From the human T2T-CHM13v2.0 reference genome, Homo sapiens: a stretch of 64,000 nt of DNA. The stretch lies in assembly GCF_009914755.1 (NCBI RefSeq), contig NC_060940.1. One strand, 5' to 3'. Below the pieces are notes generated by a model. It ran no database searches. It was not told where the DNA came from and saw only the letters and a list, made by a program, of their open reading frames with translations. The stretch's first letter is position 1; the number at the start of each line of letters is the position of its first letter. A program made the translations under genes and the position numbers. Positions 1-14,000 of this stretch are shown here, one piece after another.

Positions 1-250
1 GCACAAGTGAGGCCCCTGCTCTCCCGTGCTTTGGGTCCGTTGTAACAGCATAAAAAGCTTGTGGAGTATCTTAGGTGAGTCCACTCTTGCAGCTGGGCAG
101 GCATCATAGTGTTCGGCTCCCTGTTACAGTGTCATTTCTTGGGGACATAGCAGATGGAAAATTCTGGGGTAGTTTTGATTTAGCAGTTATCACATTTGCT
201 GTTCATGGAGTGTCTGCAGGGGCTAGGCACCCCTCACGATGCTTGTGTCT

Positions 251-527
251 GCCAGCCATGGTGGCTCATCCCTGTAATCCCAGCACTTTGGGAGGCTGAG
301 GTGGTAGATCACTCAGGGTCAGAAGTTGGAAACCAGCCTGGTCAATATGACAAAACCCCATGTCTACCAAAAATACAAAAATTAGCCATGGGTGGTGGTG
401 TGCACCTGTAGTCCCAGCTACTCAGAAGGCTGAGGCAGGAGAATCTCTTGAACCTGGGAGGTGGAGGTTGCAGTGACCTAAGATTGCACCATTGAACTCC
501 AGCGTGGGCAACAGGAAGATCCTCACA
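251..527 (+). mobile_element. Alu (AluS/J-like), poly(A) tail lost
   Basis: Dimeric Alu sequence (GTAATCCCAGCACTTTGGGAGGCTGAGG ... AAAAATACAAAAATTAGCC ... ACTCCAGC); no A-tail. Confidence 0.95.
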
Positions 528-921
528 CATACAAAGATGTTCATGCCATTTTTCATCCTCTATCTCAAATAGCCAGTAAGGCATGGAGTGGGCTTCCACC
601 CTGGGACCCCAGCCCTAAGACCTGCACCTTTTTCTACTCCAGAGTCCTTGCCCTCCACACGCTCTGTAAAGAGCATAGCTGCCGAAACCAGCTTGAGGCA
701 GTCCCAAGGCCCGGCATCTTGATGTCGCAGATGCTGCTTGGGGCCAGGAGAGTCACCCTACAAAGTGTGTTCCAGCATTTACTTTGAGACCTGTTGGTGA
801 TTAGCAGGTGATTTCTACTTGCAGACAAGGCCCATCATGGCTTCTGTGCCCTGTGTGGCCAGGCCTTGCCTCCTTGGCCGCATGACTGTGGTGAAACAGC
901 CAAAGATGGTTCAGACTAGAA

Positions 922-1130
922 CAGAGATCAGAAAATGATGGCCCACAGGCCAAATCTTACCCTCCACCTGTTTTTTATAAGTAAAGTTTTATTGGAACAT
1001 GCCCAGTCATTCACACTTCATGTATAGCTTCTTATTATAAGGGCAAAGTTGAGTTGTAACTGAGATGGAATGCCTCCCTGGAGCCTAGTATGTTTAGTCT
1101 CACCCTTTATAGGAAGTTTGCCAACCTATG
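922..1130 (+). mobile_element. MER58A-like hAT-Charlie MITE
   Basis: GGCCCACAGGCCAAATC...TAAAGTTTTATTGGAACA...AGTTTGCCAACC matches recalled MER58A; 8-bp TSD GACTAGAA (914-921) / GGCTAGAA (1131-1138). Confidence 0.8.
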
Positions 1131-1290
1131 GGCTAGAATACTGAGGCTGATGTACACTCACATGTAAAGGGAATACCTTCCATACCGCATGTAGTGATAT
1201 GGAAAAAATCTCCATGACATTATTACTAAGAGGATAAAGCATGGAAGAGTACCACACAATACCTTTCTAATTTTAGAAATAGCAAATATG

Positions 1291-1583
<293 letters not shown>

Positions 1584-2439
1584 CCAAACACCAAATATGA
1601 GGATATATACTTCCACCGGTGCATACATACGTGCTTCTATGTGTAATGTATACCTGTAGAAAGACACATTAAAAAGTAACCGTCACTTAGTGGAGGACCA
1701 AGGTGGGAAGACTCACTTTTTCATGTATTCACCCCCCTCATGCTCTTATTCTACACTCCTGTGTTGCCTATTTAAAAAAGGTGATAAAATAGTTGAAAAA
1801 GTGTAGAGGCTGAATAGCTGAGATAAGGAAGAGGGAGCCAAGAATATGTGTTAATTTACCTTTTTACAGATGATTTTTGAGCAGTATTTTCATGATAGAC
1901 TTTCTGGGAGGAAACCTGTGACGGGAGGGGAAGCTCAGAATTGCTGGTTTTATTTAAGTGGAAATAAATTTTTAGTTGAATCATAAAGGTAGAATGGGCT
2001 TAGGGCACAACAAAAAGCTGTTTCTCAATCTAAATATTTCTTCTCTGGCCGAGTGATGGGCTTCTAAACAAGGTGTCATCCAGATGAAGGAAGTGGGGTG
2101 TTTTCATCTCCATGTGATCCTCTCTTTGCTTGGATGAAATCTGGTGTGAAATAATGGAACAGTGGTCCACAGCTGCCAGGAGAATCTCAGAAAACCCTCA
2201 GTACCATCGTGCAGACTTCCCCACAGAGAGCCTTTAGGAACACACTGCACTCAGATTTGCCATCTTCTGAGGACAGTCTAAAAATCACTGCTCCGGAGGT
2301 TCAGACACCGTCAAATGTTTAACCAGTTTGTTAGCCCACCAAAAAGCCACTTGTAACCTCAGAGATATGTGGAATCATTCTTTTGGGGGCTAGTCTTTCC
2401 ATTTGCAGAACTTCCCCAACAGTAGGATTGCTTTCAAGT

Positions 2440-2607
2440 TGGGGTCTCAGCCACAGCTTGCACATTCGATCACCCAGCATGCTTTTAAAAATACAGAGGC
2501 CAGGCCCTGCCTGGTTAATGCAACATTAATCTTTGGGCCTCAGCATCAGGATCTTTTTAAAGTTCCCCAGGTAATTCTAAGGTGCATCCAAAGTTGAGAA
2601 GCCCTGC
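2440..2607. mobile_element. MER5A-like hAT MITE remnant
   Basis: TTTTAAAGTTCCCCAGGTAATTCTAAGGTGCATCCAAAGTTGAGAA terminal motif. Confidence 0.6.
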
Positions 2608-3245
2608 TTTCAAAAGGCTGGAACAAATTCTGGTGTTACAATTAGATCTGAGTCTGAGGCATCAACCCAGCAAGTATTTTCTGAGCTTTGGTTTCCGTTC
2701 CTGTGCAGTAGGATAAAAGTACCACCCTCCTTTCAGGTGGTGAGCCAACTTGTGAATGGGGACAGCTGACAAGAAATACTTCCTGGCTGCCTTGTACACA
2801 TACCAGGGGCCCGCTTCAGAAGCACATGGGCATCAAACTTCTGTATCCCCGCCTCAGTTTTGTCACTTAGCTGCTGCTGGGGACACAGGAGCAGGCAGGT
2901 GATATTTCTAGCCTGTCTGCTCATCTGTAAGGTAGGGATCTCTATACCCTACCACACAGAGCCACTGTGAGGATCCAGTGAGATTCCCCAGCCAGGCTGT
3001 GCCCAACACAGTGCCATGTCAAAGTAGCTCCTGCTGGTCCCTGTCTCTAAAAAACGTGGCAAGTCCAGGCTCAGATGGGAAGGATTTTTGGGGCACTGAA
3101 TCTGTCTCAATCACTCAACTGTGCTATCCTCAGTGAGTGTAACCATGGCTGATACGGAAATGCCTGAGAGGCCACATTCCAGTACAGCTTAATCTACTAA
3201 TCCTGCAGAAAGGGAAACAACGGCAGATAAGGCAGGGGAGGGCCG

Positions 3246-3440
3246 TGGAGTCAGACATCCAGCACCATGCCCCAGCTTTGCCTCCTAGGGGCTCGTAAGC
3301 CCTGGCCAGTTAACTTCTGTGCCTCAGTTTCCTCTTCTAGAAGAGGTGATAATGGAACTCCTCTCCTGGCTTCTGTGAGGGTTTAATAAGCCAATACACG
3401 TGTAAGACAGCAAGCATGGTACCTGGCGCAGAGCAGTGGT
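3246..3440 (+). mobile_element. MIR SINE (further MIR fragments ~2640-3020)
   Basis: MIR core CTGTGCCTCAGTTTCCTC...TGATAATGG...GTGAGGGTTTAAT. Confidence 0.75.
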
Positions 3441-4641
3441 GAGGACGTGGTCAGTTCTTTTGGCTCGAGAGCTGGAGTGAAATACCTCGGGTCCATCTCA
3501 TCACCCAACGATTGGGCCTCAGGAATCTTGCTCAAAAATAGCCTGCCAAATGGGCCTTCATTTCTCAGTGATGTCCCCAGCACTGGCACACAGGCCAGCC
3601 AAGTTGCTGCCCTCATGGAGTTTATATTCTCATGGGGATGACTAAAAAAGCAAAAACCAAACACCAAACAAATGGAAGGATTGCAATGGGAGACCCAGGC
3701 CATGCAGGGCGTTTACAAGGGTCGGGGGAAGATTTAGATTGGGGGACTGATAGAAGAGACATGGTATCTCCAGTGAAATCACTTCTGATTTAAGGTATGA
3801 ATTCATCTCAGCTCTGGGCTTTCAGTCATCCTGGAGGAGAGAACAGCCAACAGTGTGACACCTGACCTGCCAGAGAGGAGAGGGTGTGGCAGATGGCAGG
3901 GCCTGGGGAGACATGGACATGGAGGCAGGAGATAGGCAAGGGCAGCAGAGCTGATTGCTCCTGGCCTTATATGCCACGTCATCAGGAACATGGATTGTAT
4001 TGAGTGCAGCAGGCACTGTCTGAGGGGCTGAAATCAGGAGAGTGGGATTAGATCAGCTTTAAGAGGCTGGGGACACTAATTGGAGATGGTAACTGCAAAG
4101 CAACACTCACCTGCATATAGTTCAGGCTTGGCCTGGGGCTTTCAGGCTGGGAGGGCCTTGGGCTTCTGGCTCACAGCTCTGGGGTCCTTCCTGGGATTTT
4201 TGGATCTTTAAGTCAGTATACAGCTGCAGTTATTTCCAGGAGCCATGCTCACAGATGGGGACTTGAGAATACAGAGAGAGATTGTACAAGACCACTGCCG
4301 CCTAGGGGCACAGAGTAAGAGGAAAATGAGTGGGCACCTGGCCCTGGGAAACACCCTAACAAGGCAGGCAGAGAAACCAGCTCGTCTTCTCAGAGCTTGC
4401 CAGACATGCTCTCAAGGTGAACATATAAGTAGTTCTGGTGGTTGAAAACCAGGTCTGACACACTCCAACCTGCTGAGCATGGTGTAGACCAGCTCAGACC
4501 AGCCCCAGCTGCTTAGACCAGGCAGGGCAGGTGCACACTTGCCATCACAGTGCTGGAGGAGGGACCCCACAGAGCACTGCAGGGAGCTAAGCAGGAGCTG
4601 TGGGCTCTGAGGATGCTTTGTTCCCCACCCCCCACCCCTGC

Positions 4642-5162
4642 AAGATGGAGTTTCGTGCTTGTTGCCCAGGCTGGAGTGCAATGACGTGATCTTGGCTCAC
4701 TGCAACCTCCGCCTCCTGGGTTCAAACAATTCTGCCTCAGCCTACCACGCAGCTGGGATTATATGCACATGCCACCACCCCCAGCCTAGTTTTTTTCCTT
4801 AAGTACAGACAGGGTTTCACCATGTTGGTCAGGCTAGTCTCGAACTCCTGACCTTGTGATCCACCCACCTAGGTCTACCGAAAGTGCTGGGATTTCAGAT
4901 GGAGTCTCACTCTTTTGCCTAGGCTGGAGTGCAGTGGCATGATCTCCGCCTCCTGGGTTCAAGCAATTCTCCTGCCTCAGCCACCCAAGTAGCTGGGACT
5001 ACAGGCATCCACCACATTTGGCTAATTTTTGTATTTTTAGTAGAGACAGCGTTTTAACCATGTTGCCCAGGCTGGTCTGTAAATCCTGACCTCAAATGAT
5101 CCTCTCACCTTGGCCTCCCAAAAGCACTTGGGATTACAGGTCTAAGCCACCATGCCCAGCCC
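4642..5162 (-). mobile_element. Two fused tandem Alus (4642-4895, 4897-5162)
   Basis: Two antisense Alu bodies; one TSD (GGATGCTTTG at 4611 and 5163) flanks the pair; the junction lacks the tail of one copy and the 5' end of the other. Confidence 0.9.
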
Positions 5163-5829
5163 GGATGCTTTGCTCTTTACTGTGTTTAAGTAAATGAGCA
5201 ATGTGTGAATAAGTTCTGGCTTAAACCATTTGAACGATGAGCATATATAGAGCAAAACGTGAACATCTCCCTCGGCTGCATCGTCTCTGCCTTTTGGTGC
5301 ATCTGTGTATACATGGGTGCTTGCTTCATATGAGGTTTCAGTTTTAACTAAAATGGGACCAGATGTCTTTTGTTCTGTAGCTTTTCCCTTACCTGTGTCT
5401 TGAAGGTGTTTCTGTGCCCCTGTGCATGGGTGTGCATCGTCTTCTGTAATGTCAGCGTGTCCTGCTGTTTCCGCACACCTGCCATGCCAGGTCCATGGGT
5501 CCTGCACATAGGCATGGAGTGGTTTCCAAGCTTCCTCCGCAGCAGGATGCTGCATTGAACATTCTCGCCCACGTTTTTGTGAACTTGTTCAACAATTTCT
5601 TAAAGCTGACACCAAGACTTGGAGCTCCCAAGTCAGAGGAGCTCACTCACACATACCTGCCTCAGTTTCCCCAGGTTTCACCAGTTTGTGCATTTGCTAA
5701 CCACAGGGATGCCAATTCTCAGCATCCCTGCCCATGCCTGGTGACAGCTGTCTTTCAGTCTTTCAGTTTGTATTTTCCTTAAGTGTATTAGAACGTGCTC
5801 TCTCCCCCCCCATGGAATGCAATTGTTTA

Positions 5830-6343
5830 TTCTAGAAATTTGTATTGAGCACCTGCTCTGTGCCCTTCTTTCCGTAGGTGCCAGGGTGCTCAGGAAAGAG
5901 GACAAAGATACGTCAGCATGCCATACAGGACAGGCAGTGCAGGGGAGAGGGGCTGAGGAGGGCAGCAAGCACGGCCTCTGGAGAAAACAATGGAGGTGGT
6001 GAGGGGGGTCAGTCAGCCGGAGCACCTTTCTTTCTTGCAGAGGCAGGCAGGAGTGTGCCTGCCTGGTGCCACCGAGCAACCTCAAGAGGCTGGTTGGAGT
6101 TGTGGGGAGGTGGAGGAAAAGTGAAAGGGCCAATCAGGGACAATCTCAGAGTATCAAAAGGCTTATTCTCAGACTTGGTCCAGGAGTGACAGGGTCTGGC
6201 ATCAGTGGGGTTACTCAGGTGTGGCATGCAGACTGGACTATGGGCAGCTGCTGGGTACAGGGAGAAATGGAGGTGAGAGATGAGGGTGCTCAAACCCAGG
6301 GTATGACCTCCAAGAGAGCAGGAGTGCTGTCCAGTCAATCCCT
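5830..6343. mobile_element. Ancient L2 fragment within old L1M-like sequence
   Basis: ATTTGTATTGAGCACCTGCTCTGTGCC and GAGGTGAGAGATGAGGGTG motifs typical of the L2 3' region. Confidence 0.55.
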
Positions 6344-6926
6344 CTCATAGCCCCAGTGTTTCTTGGCACCTGAGAAACATGTTGGTTAACTTTTCTCCCA
6401 TGAGGCGCTCCCTGTCTTTCCCTGCGTGTCTGCTGGGCTGCTGGCCCCTCAGGTTGCTTTGTAGGAGACACTCATGTACGCAGGGTGTTTCCCTAGCTGA
6501 CATGTCTGAGGACGTCTTTCGTTGTGGGGAGTCACACAGGGATTGACTGGACAGCGCCCCTGCTCTCTGGGAGGTCATACCGTGGGTTTGAGCACCCTCA
6601 TCTCTCACCTCCATTTCTCCCTGTACCCAGCAGCTGCCCATAGTCCAGTGTGCATGCCACACCTGAGTAACCCCACTGATGCCAGACCCTGTCACTCCTG
6701 CACGAAGTCTGAGAATAAGCCTTCCGATACTCTACAAGATTCTCCCTGATTGGCCCTTTCACTTTTCCTTCCACCTCCCCACAACTCCAACTAGCCTTCA
6801 GGCTGCTCGGTGGCACCAGGCAGGCACACTCCTGCCTGCCTCTGCAAGAAAGGTGCTCCAGCTGACTGACCAACCCCCCTCACCACCTCCATCATTTTCT
6901 CCAGAGGCCGTGCTTTCTGCCCTCCT
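5956..6926. repeat. Long inverted repeat: arms 5956-6343 and 6538-6926, 194-bp spacer
   Basis: Manual alignment of arm 1 with the reverse complement of arm 2 gives about 18 substitutions and 5 small indels; mirrored ORFs 6066..6350(+) and 6345..6695(-) share peptide text. Confidence 0.97.
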
Positions 6927-7894
6927 GTTCTTGGTCTCAAACCTTATTTTTGCGTATGGTGTCAGGTCTGTTTACATCACACCAACTTGTAACACCATCT
7001 GCGTGGCTTTCAATTTTCAAGTGTTTTTTTTTGTTCACTTGTCCTGTGGACTCATGCCATGTCACCGTAGTGCTGAGTGACGCTTAAAGGGTGCTTTTCT
7101 TATTAATCTTATAGAATTAATTTCTGCTTTCATTGAGAAGTATGGGTTATTACTCTTATGTTCTCAAAGTGATGGTTGGAGTGGTTAAATCGCTTTGTCG
7201 CCATGACACATCCCAGATGTTGCTGAGTCTGAAATGTAACCTAGGGTCTTCCAATTGTGAGGTTGGTTTCATGGCGTCACACCCCACCTCCCTAAAGCTG
7301 GCAAGAAATCCGAGGTCCTGTGGGGCCAGCGGGCATTGGTCTGCTATAGACGAGCTAGACCAGGACAGACCACTTGCACTTCACTCACCTGGTTGAGTAT
7401 ACCAGTCGTAATTGTAGGCACTGGCGATATAGTACAGAAGATGACACTTCAGATGGCTACAGATGCTGTGAAGAAACTCCAAGGAACTCTTAGGCGAAGG
7501 CCAAAAGCACGAGGAGGAGTTAGGGCATGGCAGGCAGTCCCCGTGTTGCCAGAGGAAGTGACGATGGGATTACAGCTGTGGGAAACATTTGCATTTGATT
7601 CTGAACACAGTGGGAAGCTATGGAAGGGTTTGGGGTCTGAGGAAGGGTCAAGGCAAGAAGGGACGGTGTCTGGGTTTAGGAGACACAGCAGAGACAGAAG
7701 TGGAAGCAGTAGTCATGTGTCTGGAGGCAGAAGCCAAACGCCAGTGGGTCTTGGATTTTGTTTGGAATGTGAATAAAGAAAAATTAAGGTGCCCCCAGAG
7801 TTCTGGTTTGAGCATTGGAGTCAACAGTTGCCCCCTTTACTAAAGTGCAGAAGCCCAGAGGAGGAACAGAAGTTTGATGGTGGAAAAAATTGAG

Positions 7895-8190
7895 TTTTTT
7901 TTTTTTGAGATAGGGTATCCGTCTGTCTCCTCACCTTGAGTGTAGTGGCATGATCTCGGCTCACTACAGCCTCTGCCGCTCAGGCTCAAGCAGTCTTCCC
8001 ACTTCTGCCTCATGAGTAGCTGGACAACAGGTACACACCACATCTGGCTAATTTACCCCCCCCCCCCGCCCCAAGATGAGGTCTTGCTATGTGGCCCAGG
8101 CTGGCCTCAGAGTCTGCCAGGCTCAAGCCATCTAGCTGCCTCAACCTCCGAAAGTGCTGAGATTAGACACAGGAGTCACTGCACCTGGTC
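7895..8190 (-). mobile_element. Alu (AluJ-like)
   Basis: Poly(T) then antisense Alu; linker replaced by a C-run. Confidence 0.9.
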
Positions 8191-8445
8191 ACAATTTCCA
8201 TTTTGGCTATGTTCAAGGTAGATATACTCACTCCAGGGCTCTAGAGGGAAAGGCTGACATACGAATTTGGGAAGCTTTACCATTTGGATCTATGGAAAGA
8301 TAAGTGGGGAGTGCAGGCAGAAGAGACCTGGGACCCTGTACAATTTAGTGGCAAAGTCACCTTCAGAGAGATGGGAAGAATCTCAGAAGAGGGTGGAGAT
8401 GCTGAATGGTTGAGGGCTTGCGAATAGAAACAAGCCACCTTTGGC

Positions 8446-8704
<259 letters not shown>

Positions 8705-8719
8705 AAAAAATCTTTTTGA

Positions 8720-8897
8720 TGAGTGGCAGTGCAGTAGGCTCGTTTGACACCAGCATCACCTCAGATGCAGGAGTAGTGCAGTGCATTGTGATGTCACTAA
8801 GCAACAGATATTTTTCAGCTCCATCACGATCTTACAGGATCACTATCATATCTGCAGTCTGTTGTTCACCAAAACATCATCAATGTGACATGACCAT
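8720..8897. mobile_element. Tigger3/MER7-like TcMar MITE fragment
   Basis: ACACCAGCATCACC...GTCACTAAGCAACAGATATTTTTCAGCTCCAT matches the recalled Tigger3 end. Confidence 0.65.
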
Positions 8898-10178
8898 AGC
8901 CATTCCAGCGAGTGGAGGAGGGCCTGTGCAGGGAACTGGAGGATTCTCAAGTCGTCAGGGCAGGCAGGCTACTATTTTCATTCACCGCTTGCCCTGTCTT
9001 CCTGTGGGTCTTCTTCTTAAGATTTTAGCCACGGTTGGTTGGGCTGGGTGCTGCAGTGGGGAGAGCACTGTGAGGTAATTGGCCGGGATTACAACAGAGA
9101 CATGATTGTGCTCTGAACATCCCATGCAAAGTGGGGACGGGGCAACTGAGAATTAGAAGAGCAGCAGCATTCAGGGATAATCCTTTCCATCCTTAGCAAG
9201 TTAGGCGTAATGCATCTCAGTTTTTAATAATTACGGTTTACTCCAGCAGAACCATCACAGAGCCTCTCTTCAGCCCCGCCTAGTAGATGGTATCTGAGGT
9301 CTTCTGAAATGTCAGGCTGAGCCAGCTCTGAAACGCGAGATGGCCCCTGGTCACCTCAAGTGGCTATCAACAAAGAGACAAAGAGGCCCCCTCAGCATCA
9401 CAGCCATTGGTAACCATCGGAATTTTACATAGAGTGATATGTTAGCCTTGAAGTGGTGAAAGCTGACATCTAGAAAGCATTGGTAGACTTCTGTATGAAC
9501 TTAATGCCATCCTTTAAAGTTAGGCACAGTGCATCTTTAGTTTTTAATGAGCACTGTTTACCCCAGGGATGCACACACCCCACAGTGCCATGCCTCTCAG
9601 TACCCCGTCCATGGTGGATCCATACACTTGTCACACTCTGCCACAGCTGTTCACACAGTGCAGGCCCTGAGCTTAAAAGAAACCTATTCTCCATCCCACC
9701 CAATCCTGCTGCTCCTTGTGGCTGGGATTTGAATCCATCCCCATCCCGTTTCTACGGGGGGCTGCACAAGCCTCACCACTAGGCTGTCCCAGGCCCATTG
9801 GGTGATCATCCCGCATTGTACAACCTGAAGCAGTTTATCTGCCTGATAAGGGCTCCCTAGGGGCAGGGCCACAGTCACCAAGAGCCACAAGAGGGCCACA
9901 GGCAGCCCATTTGCAGAAAATGTGCCTGAGTTTGATTCAGGGCCTGAAAGCATTGTCTTGTTTAATCTCATAGGTGGGTTGATATCGGCCCCATGTTTCA
10001 GGTAACAGAGGGATTCAGAGACTTTAAAGAAATTTACACAGTTATGGGGGAGAGAGACAAAAGACTCCTTTTAAGTAAATTCACACATCGTAACTGCAAT
10101 GTAGAGGTCTACCGCTGTGTCCCCGTGCTCCTTAGTCTACGATGAGTAGTAGTCAAATTGGGCTTGGATCCCTCTTCT

Positions 10179-10651
10179 GGTCCCCAACCCCTGGCCCAGT
10201 ACCAGTCCATAGCCTGTTAGGTACTGGGCTACACAGTGGGTGAGCAGCCCTTCGTCTGTATTTAGAGCCACTCCCCATCACTCGCATCACCGCCTGAGCT
10301 CTGCCTGTCAGATCAGCAGCAGCACTGCATTCTGAAAGGCATGCAAACCCTATTGTGAACTGCCCATGTGAGGGATGTAGGCTGCATGCTACTTACGAGA
10401 ATCTCATGCCTGATGATCTCTCACCCTCTCCCATCGCCCCCTGAAGGGACCATCTAGTTGCAGGAAAAGAAGCTCAGGGCTCCCAATGATTCTACATTAT
10501 GGTGAGTTGTGTAATTTTTTCCATGTAGTAATAATAGAATGTACAAATGTAACACACTTTGTATCTCAAAAGCATCCCCACCCCCTACATCTGTGGGAAA
10601 TTTTTCTTATACATAACTCGTCCCTGGTGCCAAAAAGGTTGGGGACTGCTG
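10179..10651 (+). mobile_element. MER1A hAT-Charlie MITE
   Basis: TIRs GGTCCCCAACC / GGTTGGGGAC; internal CATCTAGTTGCAGGAAAA and GATTCTACATTATGGTGAGTTG. Confidence 0.85.
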
Positions 10652-10917
10652 CCACGTGACCTTGCACATGGCCCTGTATCCAAATGTAAGCCACATTCTG
10701 CTTCTCTACCATGGGCCTGGGGCAGTAACTTCTCGAGCTTCCCATCTGCCATGGTGAGAACACCAAGAAATAGATGAAATAGTGATGCCCAGCCTCACAG
10801 CAGTCACTCTGAAAGCATTACACAGCACCTTCGTCTTTACTATCTTCCAGGCCATTTCCATCATCATCTCTGGCATTCTAATGCCAGACTGCTTTGATTT
10901 AAAATACCAGATTTCAG

Positions 10918-11029
10918 AGGCTGAGGCAGGAGAATGGCATGAATGCAGGAGGTGGAGCTTGCAGTGAGTCGAGATTACATCACTGCACTCCAGCCTGGGC
11001 AACAGAGCAAGACTCCACCACGAAAAAAA
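10918..11029 (+). mobile_element. Alu right-arm fragment
   Basis: GAGGCTGAGGCAGGAGAATGGCATGAA...GACTCC plus short A-run. Confidence 0.9.
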
Positions 11030-14000
11030 GATTTTGCAAGCAACTTCACTTACATTTTGGAAGACTTAATATGACAAATACACAAAGAAAAATGACTAGA
11101 AAACTATGTAACTACTGTCCTAACAGTGGTTATCCACAAAGGATGGGTTGACAAGCTATTCTAGTTCTGTGTTCCCCTCCCCCCCCAACAAACAGTAAGC
11201 CTTTCTCACTTTTTTTTAATTCACCATTTAACTTGTGCTTGTAGAAGAGCAACTACACAGCTAGAGCTTGCAGAAGAAAAGCCTGAAGCTTAAAAATATC
11301 AGGAACACAGCAGCAATGTCACAGTGTTATTGAAAGCACACTCAAAATGTCATGAAAAAATAATGCTGGGTTTACCGAAGGGGGATTTACATTCATCTGG
11401 TGACAGGTTGTGCGCTCAGTATTTTGAGTTCTTTAATCCCCAAAAGCCACAGTGTCTGTCCTGTAGGCATCCATGTCCCCAGCCCCGAGTCTTTTGGGTT
11501 CTTGCCTGGGAGTCACACTTACCTCCTGCTTTTCTGGGCACGCCTGTCCTGCCCTCCACCTTCCAAGACCATTTCTATTTCTGGTTGAAACCTTGCTCAG
11601 TGTGATTCCTTGGGGTCTGTCCATCTGTACCTCTCATAAAGCAGCAAGCAACAGCTGCCTTGTCACATCCCCACCTTGTGCCACCACGTAACTAGCATCT
11701 TGAGGGCTGGGCTTGGATGCATTTATATCTAGTCATCGACTCTGGGCTCAGAGTGCACACATTCAACATCAAAACCAGCCTCTGCTCCTGATTAGCCATA
11801 GCATTTACCCTCTGTGCTTTATTTTCCATGCCCTTAAGATTAGGATGGTAATTACAGCACCCATTTCACATGGCCGGCTTAAGGATGTTATGAGAATTTG
11901 TGTTAGTCCTTTAGTTCAAGATTTGACAAGCAGTGGCTTCTTTAATCCTTTTAAAATAAAGTACCTCGTGGTGTTGGGATCCGGAGAACCAGACCCAGAC
12001 CTGCCTTCAAGGAACACTTGGGTACTGCCAGAGCCATTTCTGGATCAGTTGTGGATGGTGGAAGTCTTGGAGACCCATTTCAAACCAAGAGGTAGGAGGT
12101 AAAGGCCTTGATGGATGTCAGCATAGTTCACAGTGGAATTAGATTTCACGGGGCACCCATCACGCAGTCCTGAGGCCCAGGTGTTGCCTAGGAATGAATT
12201 CAAAGGCTATTCAGCCTGGCATGCTCTGATACTGCCCATCAGGACCCCCGCAGCCATGCAGTACAGAAGGCAGAGCAAGGCCACTCCCTCCCACTCCACA
12301 GATCCAAGGGGCTAAGACACAGGGAGAACATTCTCCATGATCTTCACATCCTGGAGGCACAACTGGGTTTTCAAAGTGGTGAGACTCACAGACTTATGAG
12401 GGAGCTAGGTCGTGGAGGATGCTGGCCAGATCCCCGCCACACACACAGATCAGTCCTAGCTGGGTTGCAGGGATCCAGCCCTCTAAGCTTCAAAGGCAGC
12501 TCCTAGTAAGTGGAGTATTGACCGGCTCGCCAGACCCAGATCACAGGTGAAACAAAGTGAAAAGTTAGTCTCTCCTCGCAGCCATTTTCACTGATGAGCA
12601 GTTGAGGCTGTCCGATTAATTTCAGCCGCATGCTGGTGACAGGACACAACGCAGTGTACCCCAAGAGGCTTATTAAAAAGAACAGCCACTCCTGGGGCCC
12701 TCTGAGGGTGCCCTCACACACAGACCCCCTTTTCCGCAACTCCCCAGTGCTGTGTTAAGTTGCTAGCAGTAGGGAGGATGGAGACGGAGTTTCTGAAATG
12801 AACACCAAAGCACATGTCAGGACCACGCGTGGCCTGGCAGGGGGCTCATTACCGCAGCTTACATCCTTCTCCCTGCAGGGGAGGGGAGGCAGTGCCCTGG
12901 GGACTTATGGGCTGTCTCCTAGGTGACCGTGGCATCCCAGGAGTTCCTTCTCCAGTTGCCTTCCAGGTGAGCTTAGAGCCAGGTGCATCCCTGGGGGCAT
13001 GACATCCCCAGAGTGTTTCCCAGCTTGGTGACAATGGACTCTGCAACCCAGGAGGCCTGGCCCCTCATGGATTTGGGGATGGAATCATCTGTGCCATTTT
13101 CCTTCCCGTGTTTTCTGCCCAGTAGTTTGAACCGCATTTCTAAGGCCGTTCCCTCTCCTGTGTGACCCCAAAATGGCTCTGGCAATACCAGGTCTGTGGA
13201 GTAAGATTGAGGTCTGACCTGAGCATAGGGTTCACAGAGGAGTGAACCCTGCTGGAGGTGGCCAAGTTCAGAAGTGAAGGGCGAGGGCATTCACTAAGCA
13301 GCATCCCCATGGGCCACGCTCTATCCCAGCATCAAACGTTATCGTTGGCTTTGTCCCAAGAACCTGCAGGGCAGATTCTGTGATTTCCCCCTTTATTTTT
13401 GCTTGCACCATTTTTTAAAACAGCAAGAGACAGATCACATACCATACAATTTACCCACTTAAAGTGCACACAGCTTGCTAGTTTGACTTTGATCCCCCTT
13501 CATAGGCTAGGAACTCGAGTCCTAGAAAGGAGCATCGTGAGCAGCCCAAGTACACCTGCTGGTGAATGACACAGCCAGGAGTCATCTAAGACACTGTCCC
13601 CGTGGTCCCTAGTTTTTACCCAGAGACGGGGACAAAGGTCGCTGGCTCTTGAGAGCTACAGGCTATCAGGGTCTTCCCTGAGGGGCTGTTTTATGTCGGG
13701 AAAGTCTAGACTTACAGGCACTGCCCTCTTTGGAGTCGAGATTGAAGCCTACCGTGGTACTGTTTCTCCCTTTTATGGCGTAGTTCCTTGAGTTTTCACA
13801 AAGGCTTGGAGTCCTTTAGCCATCACCATCAAGATGTGGAACAACTCCTTTACCCCCAAATTTCCTAGCATTCCCCTATAGGCAACCCGACAGCTCCCGC
13901 TCTGTGCTTTGTCATTCCTAGTTTTGGGAATTTGATGATGTGCTTGAGATTCGTCCATGTTGCCAAAAACCTGCATAGTACGAAGCAAACATTCACCCAA

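Noticed and set aside
6009-7080. Paralogous small ORFs on opposite strands
   Set aside because: By-product of the inverted duplication; indels between arms do not preserve frame.
13595-13634. 9-bp inverted repeat TGTCCCCGT/ACGGGGACA
   Set aside because: A short stem with a long loop is expected by chance in 64 kb.
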